From Lepidodermella squamata (taxonomy: Eukaryota > Animalia > Gastrotricha): 64,000 nt of DNA. The notes under the pieces were generated by a model. That model had not been told where the DNA came from and made no database searches. It saw only the letters and a program-made list of their open reading frames with translations. Location of the stretch: assembly GCA_047495785.1 (NCBI GenBank), contig JBLDXI010000030.1, positions 868,001-932,000 on the forward strand. Reading direction: 5' to 3'. Position numbers and translations under genes: made by a program. How positions within the stretch are numbered: position 1 is the first letter of the stretch; every line of letters starts with the position of its first letter. This document shows positions 48,750 to 61,211 of the stretch, piece after piece.

Positions 48750-51700
48750 ATGAAATTTCGAAATCTTTTAGCGCTATGGTTGTTCGTGCAAATAATCTAT
48801 GAAGGCAAGAAATTACAATTTAAAGATGTCAATAAGGCTATCATGATTTTTTCATAGTGCATTCGTCATGCCCTGGTTTTCGAACGATACCCGGGCAGTA
48901 CCGATACAAAAGCGCAGCAACGTCCAACGCATGGAAGGAGATTACACAGGAAGAGGTCTCTAAGCCGCGCGATACAGATGAAACTATTCAAGTTATGGAC
49001 GGCTCAAAGGTTCTTAGTAGCCATCGATGCCTGGCGAACGGCTCGTGGGACGTCCCGCCGACCAAATGCAGCTTCTATCCCGGTTGTAAGTTGACAGAAA
49101 TGAACTGAAATGATAGATGAAAGTCTTCTTTCTACGCTACAGCTTCATGTCCAAATGGCGGAACTTGCATGGAAGGTGGTACGTGCCTTTGCCGCTTTCG
49201 CTACGATGGCGACTATTGTGACGATCGTGAGTTTGCTTCCTAACAGGTTTCTATTACCATTTAATTTACTTTTTGAAGCTCCTGAAAGTTTAAGCTGCCC
49301 GCAACCTTGCGGGAGTGGCACATGTCTCAACGGGATGTTCTGCGTGTGCCCTGCGGAAACTTTCGGCCCGTCTTGTCAGTACAACGAGAACAACATGATA
49401 GCTGTATCAAACTGGATTCTATCAGTTCCTTCAACGATTCGGGGCGTAAAAAACGGGGTTATTGTTAACAACTTCGTGGCTTGGCACTCTGTTCTACACT
49501 GGCGGATTTTTGCTGACGATGGGAAGGCCATCAAGTTTTCGAGAATGTCTTTCCTCACTTTCGACGCCGATGGGAACGAGCAGCGAAAAGATGTAGCAAG
49601 ACTCCAGTTGTTTGATTCTGGTTATTCTGGCGTAGCTCCGACTATCGGTCGATACGGGCCGACTGATCTTGGAATAAAAAATAAAGTGTCCGTCACTAGT
49701 AATAGCTCTTCTGTATTGGTGCTGTTCACTAGTTCCGGGATTGTAACTTACGTGCACCTCGAGATCTACTTCGAGCAAGTTGCATCTAATATACCAGCAA
49801 CCCTCGGCTCCACGGCTACGCCCGAAATATCAGACGGAGCTTGCCCTGTATTGACAACTATCGATTGGCGATTCGATGAGCTTACAATTGGTGTCAAGCC
49901 GCAGTCATCTCCGAGTCAATTTCCCACGTGGTGTACGTGGCGGGTCAAAGTACCAGCAGACAGCCTGATGCAGTAAGTAGAAAAAATGATTGAGAATTTG
50001 TCACCAGTGTATCCCATGTAGATACGCAGTTGTCAATTATACATTGGGGAATCAGGCTGTTTACCTTGCTATGGATTCGGTCAACTACCTAACAGGCGAT
50101 GTCTACTCAAATATGTTCAAGGTGGACTGGAAGAAGAGCGAAGAACGGCAATACCCAGATCTCAAGCCCATGCCAAATTCTGACTCAAATCGTGAAGTGC
50201 TTGTTTTCCTGAACTACAGAGGTGGTGGTACGAACAACGGGTTTTACATCAGATTCAAAATGAGTTAGGTTTCATTGACAATTTATCTGCGAACTAAGAA
50301 TGATCTTTTCTTTAAAAGCCTGTCCTGCTGGGTGTTTGAACGATGGGAAATGCGTCTACAACAACACTTGCCTATGCCGGAAAGGTTTCTATGGCCCGCG
50401 TTGCGAATTCGACGCTGATAAAAACGTTCCCCTCGAGAAGAACGTTCGAATTTGTACACCTGAGTTACTTGCTGGAAAGAACAATAGGAGCGACGTTGAT
50501 GATAGGTTGACGATTCTCGCTAAAATGAATACGACATCTGGGTTCTGTCAATGGATGCTTACAACTACCGAGGATAAAGTTTTCAAGTAACGTCGTTACA
50601 GTTTTAGAAAGTCTCATTCAATCAATATCCAACCCCGCAGATTTCAGAAAATCTCGATAAAAGTGATAGATAGACATGGAAGCTTCAGCGATGATGGTGA
50701 AACATTTGCTTGAACAATTTTAATTACAATTTTTTGAAATAATCAATAGTTGTGGTGTCAGTTCACGAGTTGGCACATGGATCATCAACTTCGACAGCTC
50801 TCGCGACTGTAAGGCCTTCGAATACAACCGGAAACATCGAGGTCGAAGTTGAGACTACAGCGAATTCAGCCATTTTGTTGCTACAGTTCAAGTCGGGGCT
50901 TAATGTCGAGTTCTGGACAGATGCCACAAGTAAGATTAAGGCGAGTTCAATTCGATATTCAAATGCTTTTTTCAGCGATTTCCGTATCTCGGAAGAAACG
51001 AGCTGCCCCTTATTTAATGCCGGTTCAAACAACATGCCCGGTATTGACTATCCTCGACTGGCCTATTGATACGGTCTTGATTGGCAAATGGCCTCCGGTG
51101 AAAGTTGATCTCCAGGTTTGTCAATGGCTGCTGCGGTTTCCCCTCGCCCAGTCTGCTTCGTATCAAATCCTTAACATGTCGCTGATTGTGGACGGGAATA
51201 TACAGATGAGGCGTCGCGATTCAAACTATAATTGGAGCAATCTGCTGCATGAGGCGAAACCAAATGTCTCGCTAGAAAATGAGCCGAAGCAAGTGATCCA
51301 GCCACTGAGTGGATTTGAAGGTTCTGAGATGATGGTTATCATGAGCTCTAGCGTGTCAAAATCTAACCAAACAGAAACTGGTTTCGAAATGCAGTTCTAT
51401 TTCGACATATCAACGACATCAACACTCCCCACGACTTCGTCGTCGAGTTTCATCTCAACAGAGCTAAACGCTACGCCAACACCAATGTATTCTTCGGCTG
51501 ATGCTTCAACAAAACTGAATACAGTGACGTTAGCCACTGGCACGACAGAGGCAGTACTTTCGAAAAAGTACATGTCTGTTGCTGAGAGAGCAATAGCTGT
51601 TTTCCCTAAGCTACCGGAGGAAAAAGCTACGCCAGGAATACGTGATACCGATATCATTCAAGGTCGATGCCACGACTTCTCAGCAGATAGAAGCGCTCCG

Positions 51701-52717
51701 CCAAACAACGGCAATGTAACAAATATTTCTACCATTTTCGTGGTGGACCAGTTTTTCGATATCAGCGAAGTTAATGAGACTATCACTGTATCAGGAATCG
51801 TTCAGCTGAATTGGAATATTACAACATGCATGCAAGAAGATATTCTGGTCAAAATTTACGAGCCGGAGCGAGTTTTTGTCGGAAATCCACAAAACTTCTG
51901 GATGCCACCACTTACTTTCAGATCAAGCCCTGATAATGTATACATGATCGACAGCCAACTCGGCGACGATTTCGTGTTTGTTATCAGTCCTCACGAAAAC
52001 AAACACTTGAACATGCAGTTCTACTGGTCGAAAATAGGTGTCTTCGAGTCAACCTGTGACATGGACCTTCGAAAGTTTCCATTCGATACGCAAAGGTGCG
52101 AGATCAAGTTTGGCATCCATCGCTCGGTTAATTTGACGGCACTTTCGGAGCTGAAGATGGTCATCCTTGACGAATTGTCTCCTGTTGCGCAATGGGAAAT
52201 ATTGCCTGAACTTACGAAGTCTGAAATCAAGTTGTTTTCTGCTCCGACCATTGGTAGCAAAGTCACCGTGGCTGTATTCTCAATGACCTTCCGGAGAAGG
52301 CCCAACTACTACCTTCTTAACATCATTGGCCCGTGTCTGGTTCTTACATTCTTGGAACTGGCTGCCTTTCTGATGCAGGCCAATAAGCCAGATCGAGTAA
52401 TGTTTGTAGTCACGATCCTTCTCGCGCTGACTGTTGCCCAGAATCAGGTCTTGCAAGATGTCCCGAAAACTGCAGCGATGATTCTTCTGACCGAGTACAT
52501 TCTCTACATGTCGATCTACACAGGGATGGTTAGCTTCTACAACCTGCTTCTCGGATATCTGGCGACTGATATGACGAAATCAGCCAACAAAGTGCTGAAA
52601 TTCGGCTGCCTTCGCATTTCGGTCATAAATTTGCTGAATGCGCTCGGATTCGTGATGGCCGTAGCTGCTTTCTCCGGCATCAATCTATACGCCCTATACA
52701 TTCTCCATTTCGAATAA
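48750..52717 (+). CDS. Chimeric EGF/CUB-domain-containing Cys-loop pLGIC subunit (LGIC-7), 9 exons, ~1,182 aa
   Basis: Exons 48750-48804, 48858-49085, 49143-49226, 49279-49972, 50022-50263, 50319-50586, 50641-50696, 50750-50929, 50976-52717 sum to 3549 nt and stay in frame. Signal peptide, 3 EGF, 4 CUB-like domains, S/T stalk, then FWMPP, Cys-loop CDMDLRKFPFDTQRC, FRRRPNYY and 4 TM. Confidence 0.82.
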
Positions 52718-53921
52718 GAAGACTACAAAGAAATTGTTAGCGTAACAGAACAAAGAATACAGTTTCAAGACTTGAAGTGAAATGATGAGCTCAGCTATAT
52801 CGCAGCTCTGATGATAAAACTCATTCCTTTACTAATTTTGCTAGTCACTAAAGTTAATTTTATAAGTTGCTCCGCTATTCATGAACAAGGAAACTCTTGT
52901 CAAGTGTCAATGATCGCTTGCTTAAAAATCGTATTATGTCGTGAGTTTCAGTCACCGAATAATTTGAGCCCGTGGAAGATATTCTTGGAGCTGATGTTCA
53001 CGACTTTTGGTAAACCTAATTCCGTGCAAAAAGGCTCCACTTGATTAGCTTCCCTAAACTGAAGCACCCTTCGATTTCCCTGAACCATATGATTTGAGCA
53101 GTTTCCAGCATTTGATGCAATCGAAAAATGTCAACGTTTTCCAGCCAGAGACGCTTCGCCTTAATTTGACCATTGCTTCATTTTATTCATTGCATTCTCC
53201 ACAATTGATAAATGTTCAATCAAACTTGTCGACGCGCTCCACGATACTAATTTCATTTTTTTCGAATTCTATCAAATAGCTTAAAATTGCCTGCTACACA
53301 TCCGATCTTATGCGCTTCATTGATCATTGATGATTTTCAAATATTTGTCCTGTTTGCTGTGTCAACATAAAATGATAATGGGTGAAAAGATTTTCTCAGT
53401 TTTTCCTTCTGTTTCGGCCCTTCCCTTGCAATTTTGGATATATGTAAGATCTTTCTGTCATACTTATTCGCTATGGTGATAATCAAATTATCTGTTATCC
53501 TCAAATAATTACCTCGTCTCGATTACAGAAAAACTGGTACTTCGGAAAAACTGGACCGCCGTCACTTGGGAATCAGCATATGCCGGTTTTTTTCCATTTC
53601 ATTTCGCTCGTAAATCCTATATAACTTAACCATTAGAATTTAGGCGCGATACTACATCAATGATACCAAATAAACAGACAGTCTAAATCAAACAGAATTA
53701 CAGATCTAAAATTTGATAGTGAAGCGTCTAGCCTAACTAATCGATTAATAGCATGCTCCCCGGCCCATTGATTACGCTGATTTTAAAACTCCGGCATTAC
53801 TGACTCAATAAACCGACCAGTCGCATATCTCACCGCAGAGGGAATTACCGCATTTTTGTACACTTGTATGTATACTATTCACCTGAGTTCTGCTCTGATT
53901 TTCGCACTATAGCGCTTAAAA

Positions 53922-55138
53922 ATGCTCATGAATGTATTGCTACTGTCTATTTCTTCTAGCATTGGCCTCATCAAAGCAGCTGAAATGTCAACATCTGACC
54001 TGTTACGCGAAAATTATTTCAGCTATTGCCCTGCTATGAACTCAAATTACATGGTAACAGATCAAGCTGTGATATCAAAAGGCGAAGGACCGGTAGTAGT
54101 CGACGTTTCCATAGCTCTATACCGCTTCGTTGGGATAAACGACGTCCAACAACGATTATCTCTAGTTTTTCTTCTCATTTACTCATGGCCTATTCCATGC
54201 GGTGTACCAAACTGTACGGAGCTGCTCCCAAGTTCAATCTGTTCAGTTACAGACGTGGGGAGGCTAGCTTTTCATGTTCCAGCTCGAGACATTTGGACAC
54301 CAGAGCTGGTTCAGATGACCGCATATGAAACACCTAACACTCAACCCAGGTAAAATCTTGAAAATTATAAGAAAAAATCATTATAATGTGCCGCTCAAGT
54401 TGTAATGAGAAAATCTGGGTCTATCCATTCGTTACCAACACACTGAAGCGATTTGTCTTCAACCGATTCGACACGGCTTGCACTTCATTCAGCTATCGCC
54501 GGTTCCCCTTCGATACCCAACAATGCTCCCTTGTTTTCGAGCCCTATGACCCAGCAAATGAAGTGATCTACCAAAGTTCCGCCTTCTACATTGACGTATC
54601 TGTTCGCGATACCTTCATATCTGATACTGACATTTGGACACTCGTCCAGCCTTTAGTCCATACTACAACAATCTCGAATCAATCTGACGGCTCTTCATCA
54701 TTCAGCCATTTAGTTTTCACGTTGAAATTCCGCCGGAAGAGCGGCTACTACGTCTGCAATATCTTTGTACCAACCATCGCGCTTTTCGTCCTTCAAATCA
54801 TCTGTTTGATATCAGAGCCTTCGACCGGCGATCGAGCTGCGTTTTGCGTAACTGTTGTTTTGTCCTACGCTGTGATTCTTACGCTGATTTTCGGCATGAT
54901 GCCAACAACTTCAGATTACGTTTATTTGGTCTACATGGTGACGGCGAAGTTTATAAGTTCTGTGATCATAACGTCATACGCTAGCCTTAGCGCTGGGTTC
55001 TCCGAGACATTCAGATGCCGTAAGCTGAAATCGTGTAATATCCCGATGCATAGAGTTCTCGACTTTCTAGTAGCAACCATTTCAGTGACGGTGATTTCAT
55101 TTCTCGACATTGTTTTCTTTTCATTAATGCTGAGTTGA
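53922..55138 (+). CDS. Divergent Cys-loop pLGIC subunit (LGIC-8), 2 exons; close paralog of LGIC-6
   Basis: Intron 54350-54399; Cys-loop CTSFSYRRFPFDTQQC; M2 DRAAFCVTVVL. Confidence 0.92.
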
Positions 55139-55478
55139 ATAAACAAAAGAAAACATCCCCAAACTCAAACATTAGCTGTGGTGAAGTTTCCAAGATTTTA
55201 TCACGAAAATGGAAAAAGGAAGTAAAGGAATACTCAATGAATCTCTTTTGATGGAGAAATACAATTTATCCCCGATCCCCCGGAGAGTGAGCAAATTGGA
55301 TTTCGCCATCAAAAGCCATAGAGTAATCCTATTCCTACATGCGCACTCGAGCCTGTTTTTGGGGAGTTAAAGAGGCATACCCCTGTGAAAATAGCATACA
55401 AAATTGAAGTAAAAAGCCCGCCTTAAAATGTTTAAATTAGCCATTGAGATTTAGGAATTCAGATATTAGGATGGAAAA

Positions 55479-56682
55479 CTAATAAGGCTCGGGCTCATAC
55501 ATCATAGAATTGAGAGTAACAAATCCTGAGGTTACAACAATGATTACCATGCTAATAAAGATAGCTATGTCCAACATTCGCAAAATCGAAATCTCCATAG
55601 TATAACATGAATGCTTCGCAATGTGAAAGCTGAAAACTCGTTTGCTAGAGAAACATTTCCTAGAAGATAGCATGCAAGTTACTAGAGAGTAAATGGTGCA
55701 AAATACGCCGATGTAAAGTTGAATCGTTATGAAAACGACTATGAGTACTGTTTCTGACGTAGTAGGAATCTGAGATTGGATAACAGTTTGCAAGAGTAGA
55801 AAAGCCATGATTACAGTAGTCCCATAATACGCTCTGTTACTCTCTTGCGGGGGCATGAATACAAAACTGAGTTGAAGGAATATCAGGGAGATTAACGGGA
55901 GTAAAACACTGATAAAAAATTGCGAGGTCTTGCGTTTTAAGATGAACGTGTAAGTTGGTTGAGAGAAAAAAGACCCAGGCCAAGAGTCGTAGGTTCGATT
56001 ATTGATGCTTGCTTGGAAGTCAACTTGATACCAAACGCTGGAGTGAGGCACAAAATCTTGGTAGATTATTCTTTTGATAGAATGGGCGTTGACGAATTTC
56101 GTATCGCGGTAGAATTCGAATCTAAGATCACATATTTGAGTGTCGTATGGGTAGCGTCTGAACAGCAGATCGCAATGGAAGTCAAAACGTTGAGTATTGC
56201 TCCATTTCAACGTTCCATTGTCCTGTATGATCATATAACTGTCCAGGGCTTGCCTGGAGAAATAATGCAATCAGATTAAAATTCGCAACTTAAAGTTGGT
56301 CTTACGTTAAACTGAGGATAACTTTATCGACTGAAGTGACGTGCATCAATTCCGGGATCCAAAGTTCGCCATTGTTTGGTATGACGAGCTGTGTGATATT
56401 AGAATCCTTAGGCCAAGCTTCCGCTACGCAAAAGCTGTTCCAGTACATTGAGAAGCGGCCAACGAAAGACATAGACATGTCCAGCTCGTTTATCTCGATG
56501 AATTTCAGTGGCGACATTGATGGCCGAACCCAGACAGTGTCCTCGTACCTTCGGACAGGCCGGAACTGACCATCGGCCCAGCATTTCGATTTCAGGGTTC
56601 TAGCCAAAGCCGCTTCTTCGACCTCTGAGCTTACAACAGCGACTGTCCATATGAAGGCTGAAAAACAGAACGTCCAAAACAT
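55479..56682 (-). CDS. Divergent Cys-loop pLGIC subunit (LGIC-9), 2 exons
   Basis: Exons 56682-56306 and 56253-55479; RPVRRYED, LWIPEL, Cys-loop CDLLFRRYPYDTQIC, LKRK, 4 TM. Confidence 0.9.
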
Positions 56683-57633
56683 GTTTTTTTTCAGAATGCT
56701 TGGACCTGTTTCTAACTGGCGAAGGAGAGCGGAGTTGAGTTTTCAAGAGAGCAAATATTTGCCGAATCGCCGATGTTATCGATTTCCTATCAAGGTGGCT
56801 ATATATCTATCTATCTATCTGCGCGCTTTTATGTTTGCTCTTGCCGATTTCAGACTGTTTGCTTGAATACGTACCATAAGAAGCAGTGTGGGCGATATAA
56901 GGACTTGCGATTTACGTCACAGGCTCAGATGCTCACGAGTCAACGGTCAACATATTCTGATTGGTAAGTAGTAATATCCACAATGCACCCGCATGTTGTT
57001 TTTAGTTTTATTTATCAATGGATCATAACGAAACCGTTTGTAGTATCCTTTTTACTGAATTCCATGAACATACCACGTTCGAGAGGGACTGCAGTCAGCG
57101 CTGTGAAATTCTAGTCTGGCATTTAGAAGACTAATTACAACGTAATGAGACCGATATGCATCCCAATTTCAATTTCTGAATACGGCGGTTTCGCTGATCA
57201 ACGTGGGAAGAAAGCAATGATACTGGGGGCGAATTCGAATAGTAAAGCCAGTTTAATTTGCTCACTATGAACTATGAACGGCTATCATTCCCGGAATGGT
57301 GCGTAAAATAACGATGAATATTGACATAACATTCTGACAACCCTAATGTGACTCGCTACTGTGTACACACAGGCGAAATGCCAGTACTTCTGGCCTTAAT
57401 TAGCTATAATCCATAATATAATTCCTGTTGGATGGTTATTCCCACAGGATCAATACAGTTTAGCGTTTAGTTCGTTGTAATTAATGAAAAAACGCGATTC
57501 CATGCTGGGGTGACAGGAAAACCTTTCATATTCTGATCCAGTCACCACACTGTATCGATCGATTTGCGAAACTCACAGCTTGGAGCTCCAGCGTCAAACA
57601 ATCTCATTTGTATTTTCTCAAATAAAGGGATCA

Positions 57634-58875
57634 ATGTATTCGAGCATTATCTTCGTAGCTTACACGTTAACGCTCACAGTAGCTCAAATGCTAGAGGGGA
57701 ACAAGGGGAACATTTCAATAAGCAACTATGTAAGAGACCACGTCTTCAGAAGCTGCCCGGCTTTGACGTCTCATTTCCTACCTAATGAGCACTTTGCCTA
57801 TAGCAATAGCAGCGACCTGCTGTCAGTAAACGTTGGTCTGACACTTTACCGCTTTGTTTCAATCGATGACGTTCAGCAAAGGCTATCTCTATTGGCAATG
57901 CTAACGGTTACGTGGGACCTTCCATGCCCAGAAATGATCTGCGAAGACATCCTACCGGAAAATGCCTGTAACGCTATGCGGCCAGAAAACTTTCAGATCT
58001 TAATGCCAATCAGAGAAGTTTGGATTCCGGACTTGGTCCATTTTTCCGCTTATAATTCACCATTTCTTAAAGCTGGGTAATTTGAATGATGTATTCGTTA
58101 ATTGATTAGCATCATCTATTTTTCAAGATGGCGTGATAACGTTTGGCTCTACCCATTTCAGAGAATGAGAAGCGAGTACTACATAACAGACCGATTCGAT
58201 GTGTTCTGCACATCGTTCAGCTACAGGAAGTTCCCATTTGATACGCAAGAATGCTCGCTGGTCTTCGAACCGAACGAGAAATCAACTCAGATTGCTTATC
58301 AAGTCTCACAGTTCGAAGTAGACTCATCTGCTCGGGATTCCTTCATCTCGAGCACAGAAATTTGGGATCTGGTCGAGCCGTTAACTTTCAATATTACAGT
58401 TAATCATCAAATGAACAATTCCCTACCTTACCACCACATGACCTTCACGATAAGATTCAGTCGTAAAAGCGGCTATTACATTTGCAACGTTTTCGTCCCA
58501 ACAATCGCACTTTTCGCACTTCAAATCATTTGTCTGATCGCGAATCCGCAAAATTCGGACCGTTCTTCGTTTTGCGTGATGGTTGTTCTGTCTTACTCTG
58601 TTATTTTCACAATGATCTACGACATGATTCCGAAAACATCTGAGCACGTCTACCTAGTCTACATGATAGCTGTTAAATTTGTCGCAGCTGTCTTGATTAC
58701 GTCCTACGTATGCTTCAGTGCTGGCTTTCTGAGAAAGCTCAAGCGCAAGACGCTGAAAATCGGTAAGGGTAAAAGTATTGCGTTGATTCGATTCGCAGAC
58801 TTTGCTTTAGCTGCTTCTGCTGCTTTGATTGTTACGGTTTGCGATTTTACCCTTTTCACGCTCATGCTGTCATGA
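57634..58875 (+). CDS. Divergent Cys-loop pLGIC subunit (LGIC-10), 2 exons
   Basis: ATG 57634; intron 58077-58127; VWIPDL; Cys-loop CTSFSYRKFPFDTQEC; M2 DRSSFCVMVVL. Confidence 0.92.
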
Positions 58876-59230
58876 TGCCAGCATTGCGTTGTTCATCCTC
58901 TATGTGGTGATAATCGATTCAGCCTGACATTACATCTGTCAATAACATTTTTCTCTCTTCTCGCTGCTTCAATAAAACCATGGTTCGGCTTTTCCGATTA
59001 CGCAGAGGGGTTTGTGAACATTATTCAACGTTATTTTTACTCCATGAAATTCCAAAGTAACTGCGCATTCTGCTTTGCCAATTTCTAAAATGAACTGTCG
59101 AATTCTAAGGGTCAAAAAGAAAAAATCAATTTTCTGGTAATTTATTTGGGTAGCGGAGAGCTGTTGAAATTGTTCAATACCAGCTGCACAATATTGAATT
59201 ACTGGTTCCACAACAGTAAGATCAAACAAT

Positions 59231-60397
59231 TTAAGACAGCATTAGCGTGAAAAGAACTGCGTCAATTATCATTACAGTCACGCCTGCCGCTGAAGCCACC
59301 ATTAGGTCCAGAAGCCGATGCATTGGTATTTTCAACGATTTATGCAGTTTAACGACACGAGATTTCACAGAGGCAGATATAGTAGGACTGAAGCAGGTAT
59401 AGGCTGTGATAATGACTGCAACGACGAATTTGACTGCTATCATGTAGACAAGGTAGACGTGATCGGAAGTTTTTGGCATCATGCCAAAAATCAGCGTGAG
59501 AAATACAACGTAGGAAAGCACAACAGTTACGCAAAACGATGATTGGTCCCTGTTTATGGGCTCGGCAATCAAAGAGACGACTTGAAGGATGAAAAGCGTA
59601 ATGGTTGGTACGAAGATGTTGCAGACGTAGTAGCCACTTTTGCGGCGGAAGCGGATTGTCATGTTTACTCGACTAACACTAATCGTCCCGTTAGCCTGCA
59701 CAGATGTATAGTTGCTATATTCGAGTGGCTCGACAACCGACCAAATGTCAGTATCCACGATGAACGAACCGCTAGCTGACGAGTCGATTTCAAAATGACG
59801 GACGTAGAAGGCTACGTCACTTAGAAAATCAGCTGCTTCAAAAACTAGCGAGCATTTTTGGGTGTCGAAGGGGAATTGGCTGTACTTGAAATCAGTGCAG
59901 GAAACGTCGAAACGGTCGAAGATGACGAAAACTAATGTCCTGGAGACAAAAGGATAGATCCAGACCTTATCACTCAATTGGCGATTGAAAACAGGCGAGT
60001 CACTCGCAGTCAAATGAGATACACCTGGCGTCCAGATATCCAATGCTGAAACGAGGAAGAACAGCCCATTAGGATTCGGTATTGCGCACTCTGTTTCGGA
60101 TAGTAAATCTATGCATTTTGGGATTTCGCATGGCAATCCCCACTTGAAGACCAGATAAGCAAGTAAAGACAGCCTTTGTTCCACATCGTCGATTCCTACG
60201 AAACGATGCAATGCCATCGAGACATTCACAACCACCGGTCTGCTGTTGTTGGAGTAAACCGCTTGATCAGTGGGTAAGGATTTCGACAGAACGGCCGGGC
60301 AATGCTCAGCGAATTTCGCCTCCAGCTTGCCAGCCGTCGACAAAGCAGCTTCTGTCGACGCAAGCTCGCCCATCAGCAAAGCTAGCAGGAATTTCAT
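59231..60397 (-). CDS. Divergent Cys-loop pLGIC subunit (LGIC-11), intronless
   Basis: Signal peptide; Cys-loop CTDFKYSQFPFDTQKC; M2 DQSSFCVTVVL. Confidence 0.93.
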   Translation of the reverse strand: MKFLLALLMGELASTEAALSTAGKLEAKFAEHCPAVLSKSLPTDQAVYSNNSRPVVVNVSMALHRFVGIDDVEQRLSLLAYLVFKWGLPCEIPKCIDLLSETECAIPNPNGLFFLVSALDIWTPGVSHLTASDSPVFNRQLSDKVWIYPFVSRTLVFVIFDRFDVSCTDFKYSQFPFDTQKCSLVFEAADFLSDVAFYVRHFEIDSSASGSFIVDTDIWSVVEPLEYSNYTSVQANGTISVSRVNMTIRFRRKSGYYVCNIFVPTITLFILQVVSLIAEPINRDQSSFCVTVVLSYVVFLTLIFGMMPKTSDHVYLVYMIAVKFVVAVIITAYTCFSPTISASVKSRVVKLHKSLKIPMHRLLDLMVASAAGVTVMIIDAVLFTLMLS

Positions 60398-60453
60398 GAT
60401 ACCCTGTGATATTTGCTATAGTATATGTTTGAAATAACTCTCAGGCTGCTATA

Positions 60454-60627
60454 CAGTAGTTTTGCGTTAAGCCGGACTATAATAAGCCGGATTTGCGTTA
60501 ATACGGACAACTTTGCTTGGCTCGTACCGATGACTTTACGTACAAAAAGTTGCATTAAGCCGGACTTTCATTTAGCCGGACAAAATTGTCTGGCGCGGGT
60601 CGTGTCCGGCTAAACGCAAAACTACTG
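60454..60627. mobile_element. Tc1/mariner-pogo-type MITE (174 bp)
   Basis: TIRs cagtagttttgcgttaagccggac / gtccggctaaacgcaaaactactg with TA on both sides; internal (t)aagccgga repeats. Confidence 0.85.
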
Positions 60628-61211
60628 TATGTGTGCTGGTGCGTAAAATACATGGAACCTTCATACCAAATCCTCGAACCTATTTCCGCAATGATCATAG
60701 ATATCGATTGAATTGCAACATTTTTCCTCGAGATCTGCGAATTATAATCTTGCATGATACCTATTGCTCTTGTATGATAGTCGACAGTCATCCAATTTAG
60801 GTCAACCACTCAAGAGTGGAGAGGGTGAGACAATTCTGACCCATGATCGCGTTAAATCTGCAACGAGAAACAACATTTATTTTTACATTTTTCTTTCAAT
60901 AAATCGGATTTAGGCTTGTTTACATCCATTTCATATTGGCAAGTACTAATTCTTTTGCTTTTGCCCCTTCGACGTTTAAAATCCGCTTTCCGCTTATCAC
61001 TCGTGACCTTGAAGCGAATGTAAACAGGCCTATTCAACGGTAATCCGAATTATTCAACGTCGCAAGCGACATCTCATGAATCAAAGATCAAGCGAAGTTT
61101 ATAAAAAAAGTCATGATTTTTAGATATTTCAAGATTAAGGCGACGGATTTGCGACAGATTGGAATATGAATTGGACCGAGTTGTGCATTTTAGCAAAAGG
61201 ATTGGAAGACT

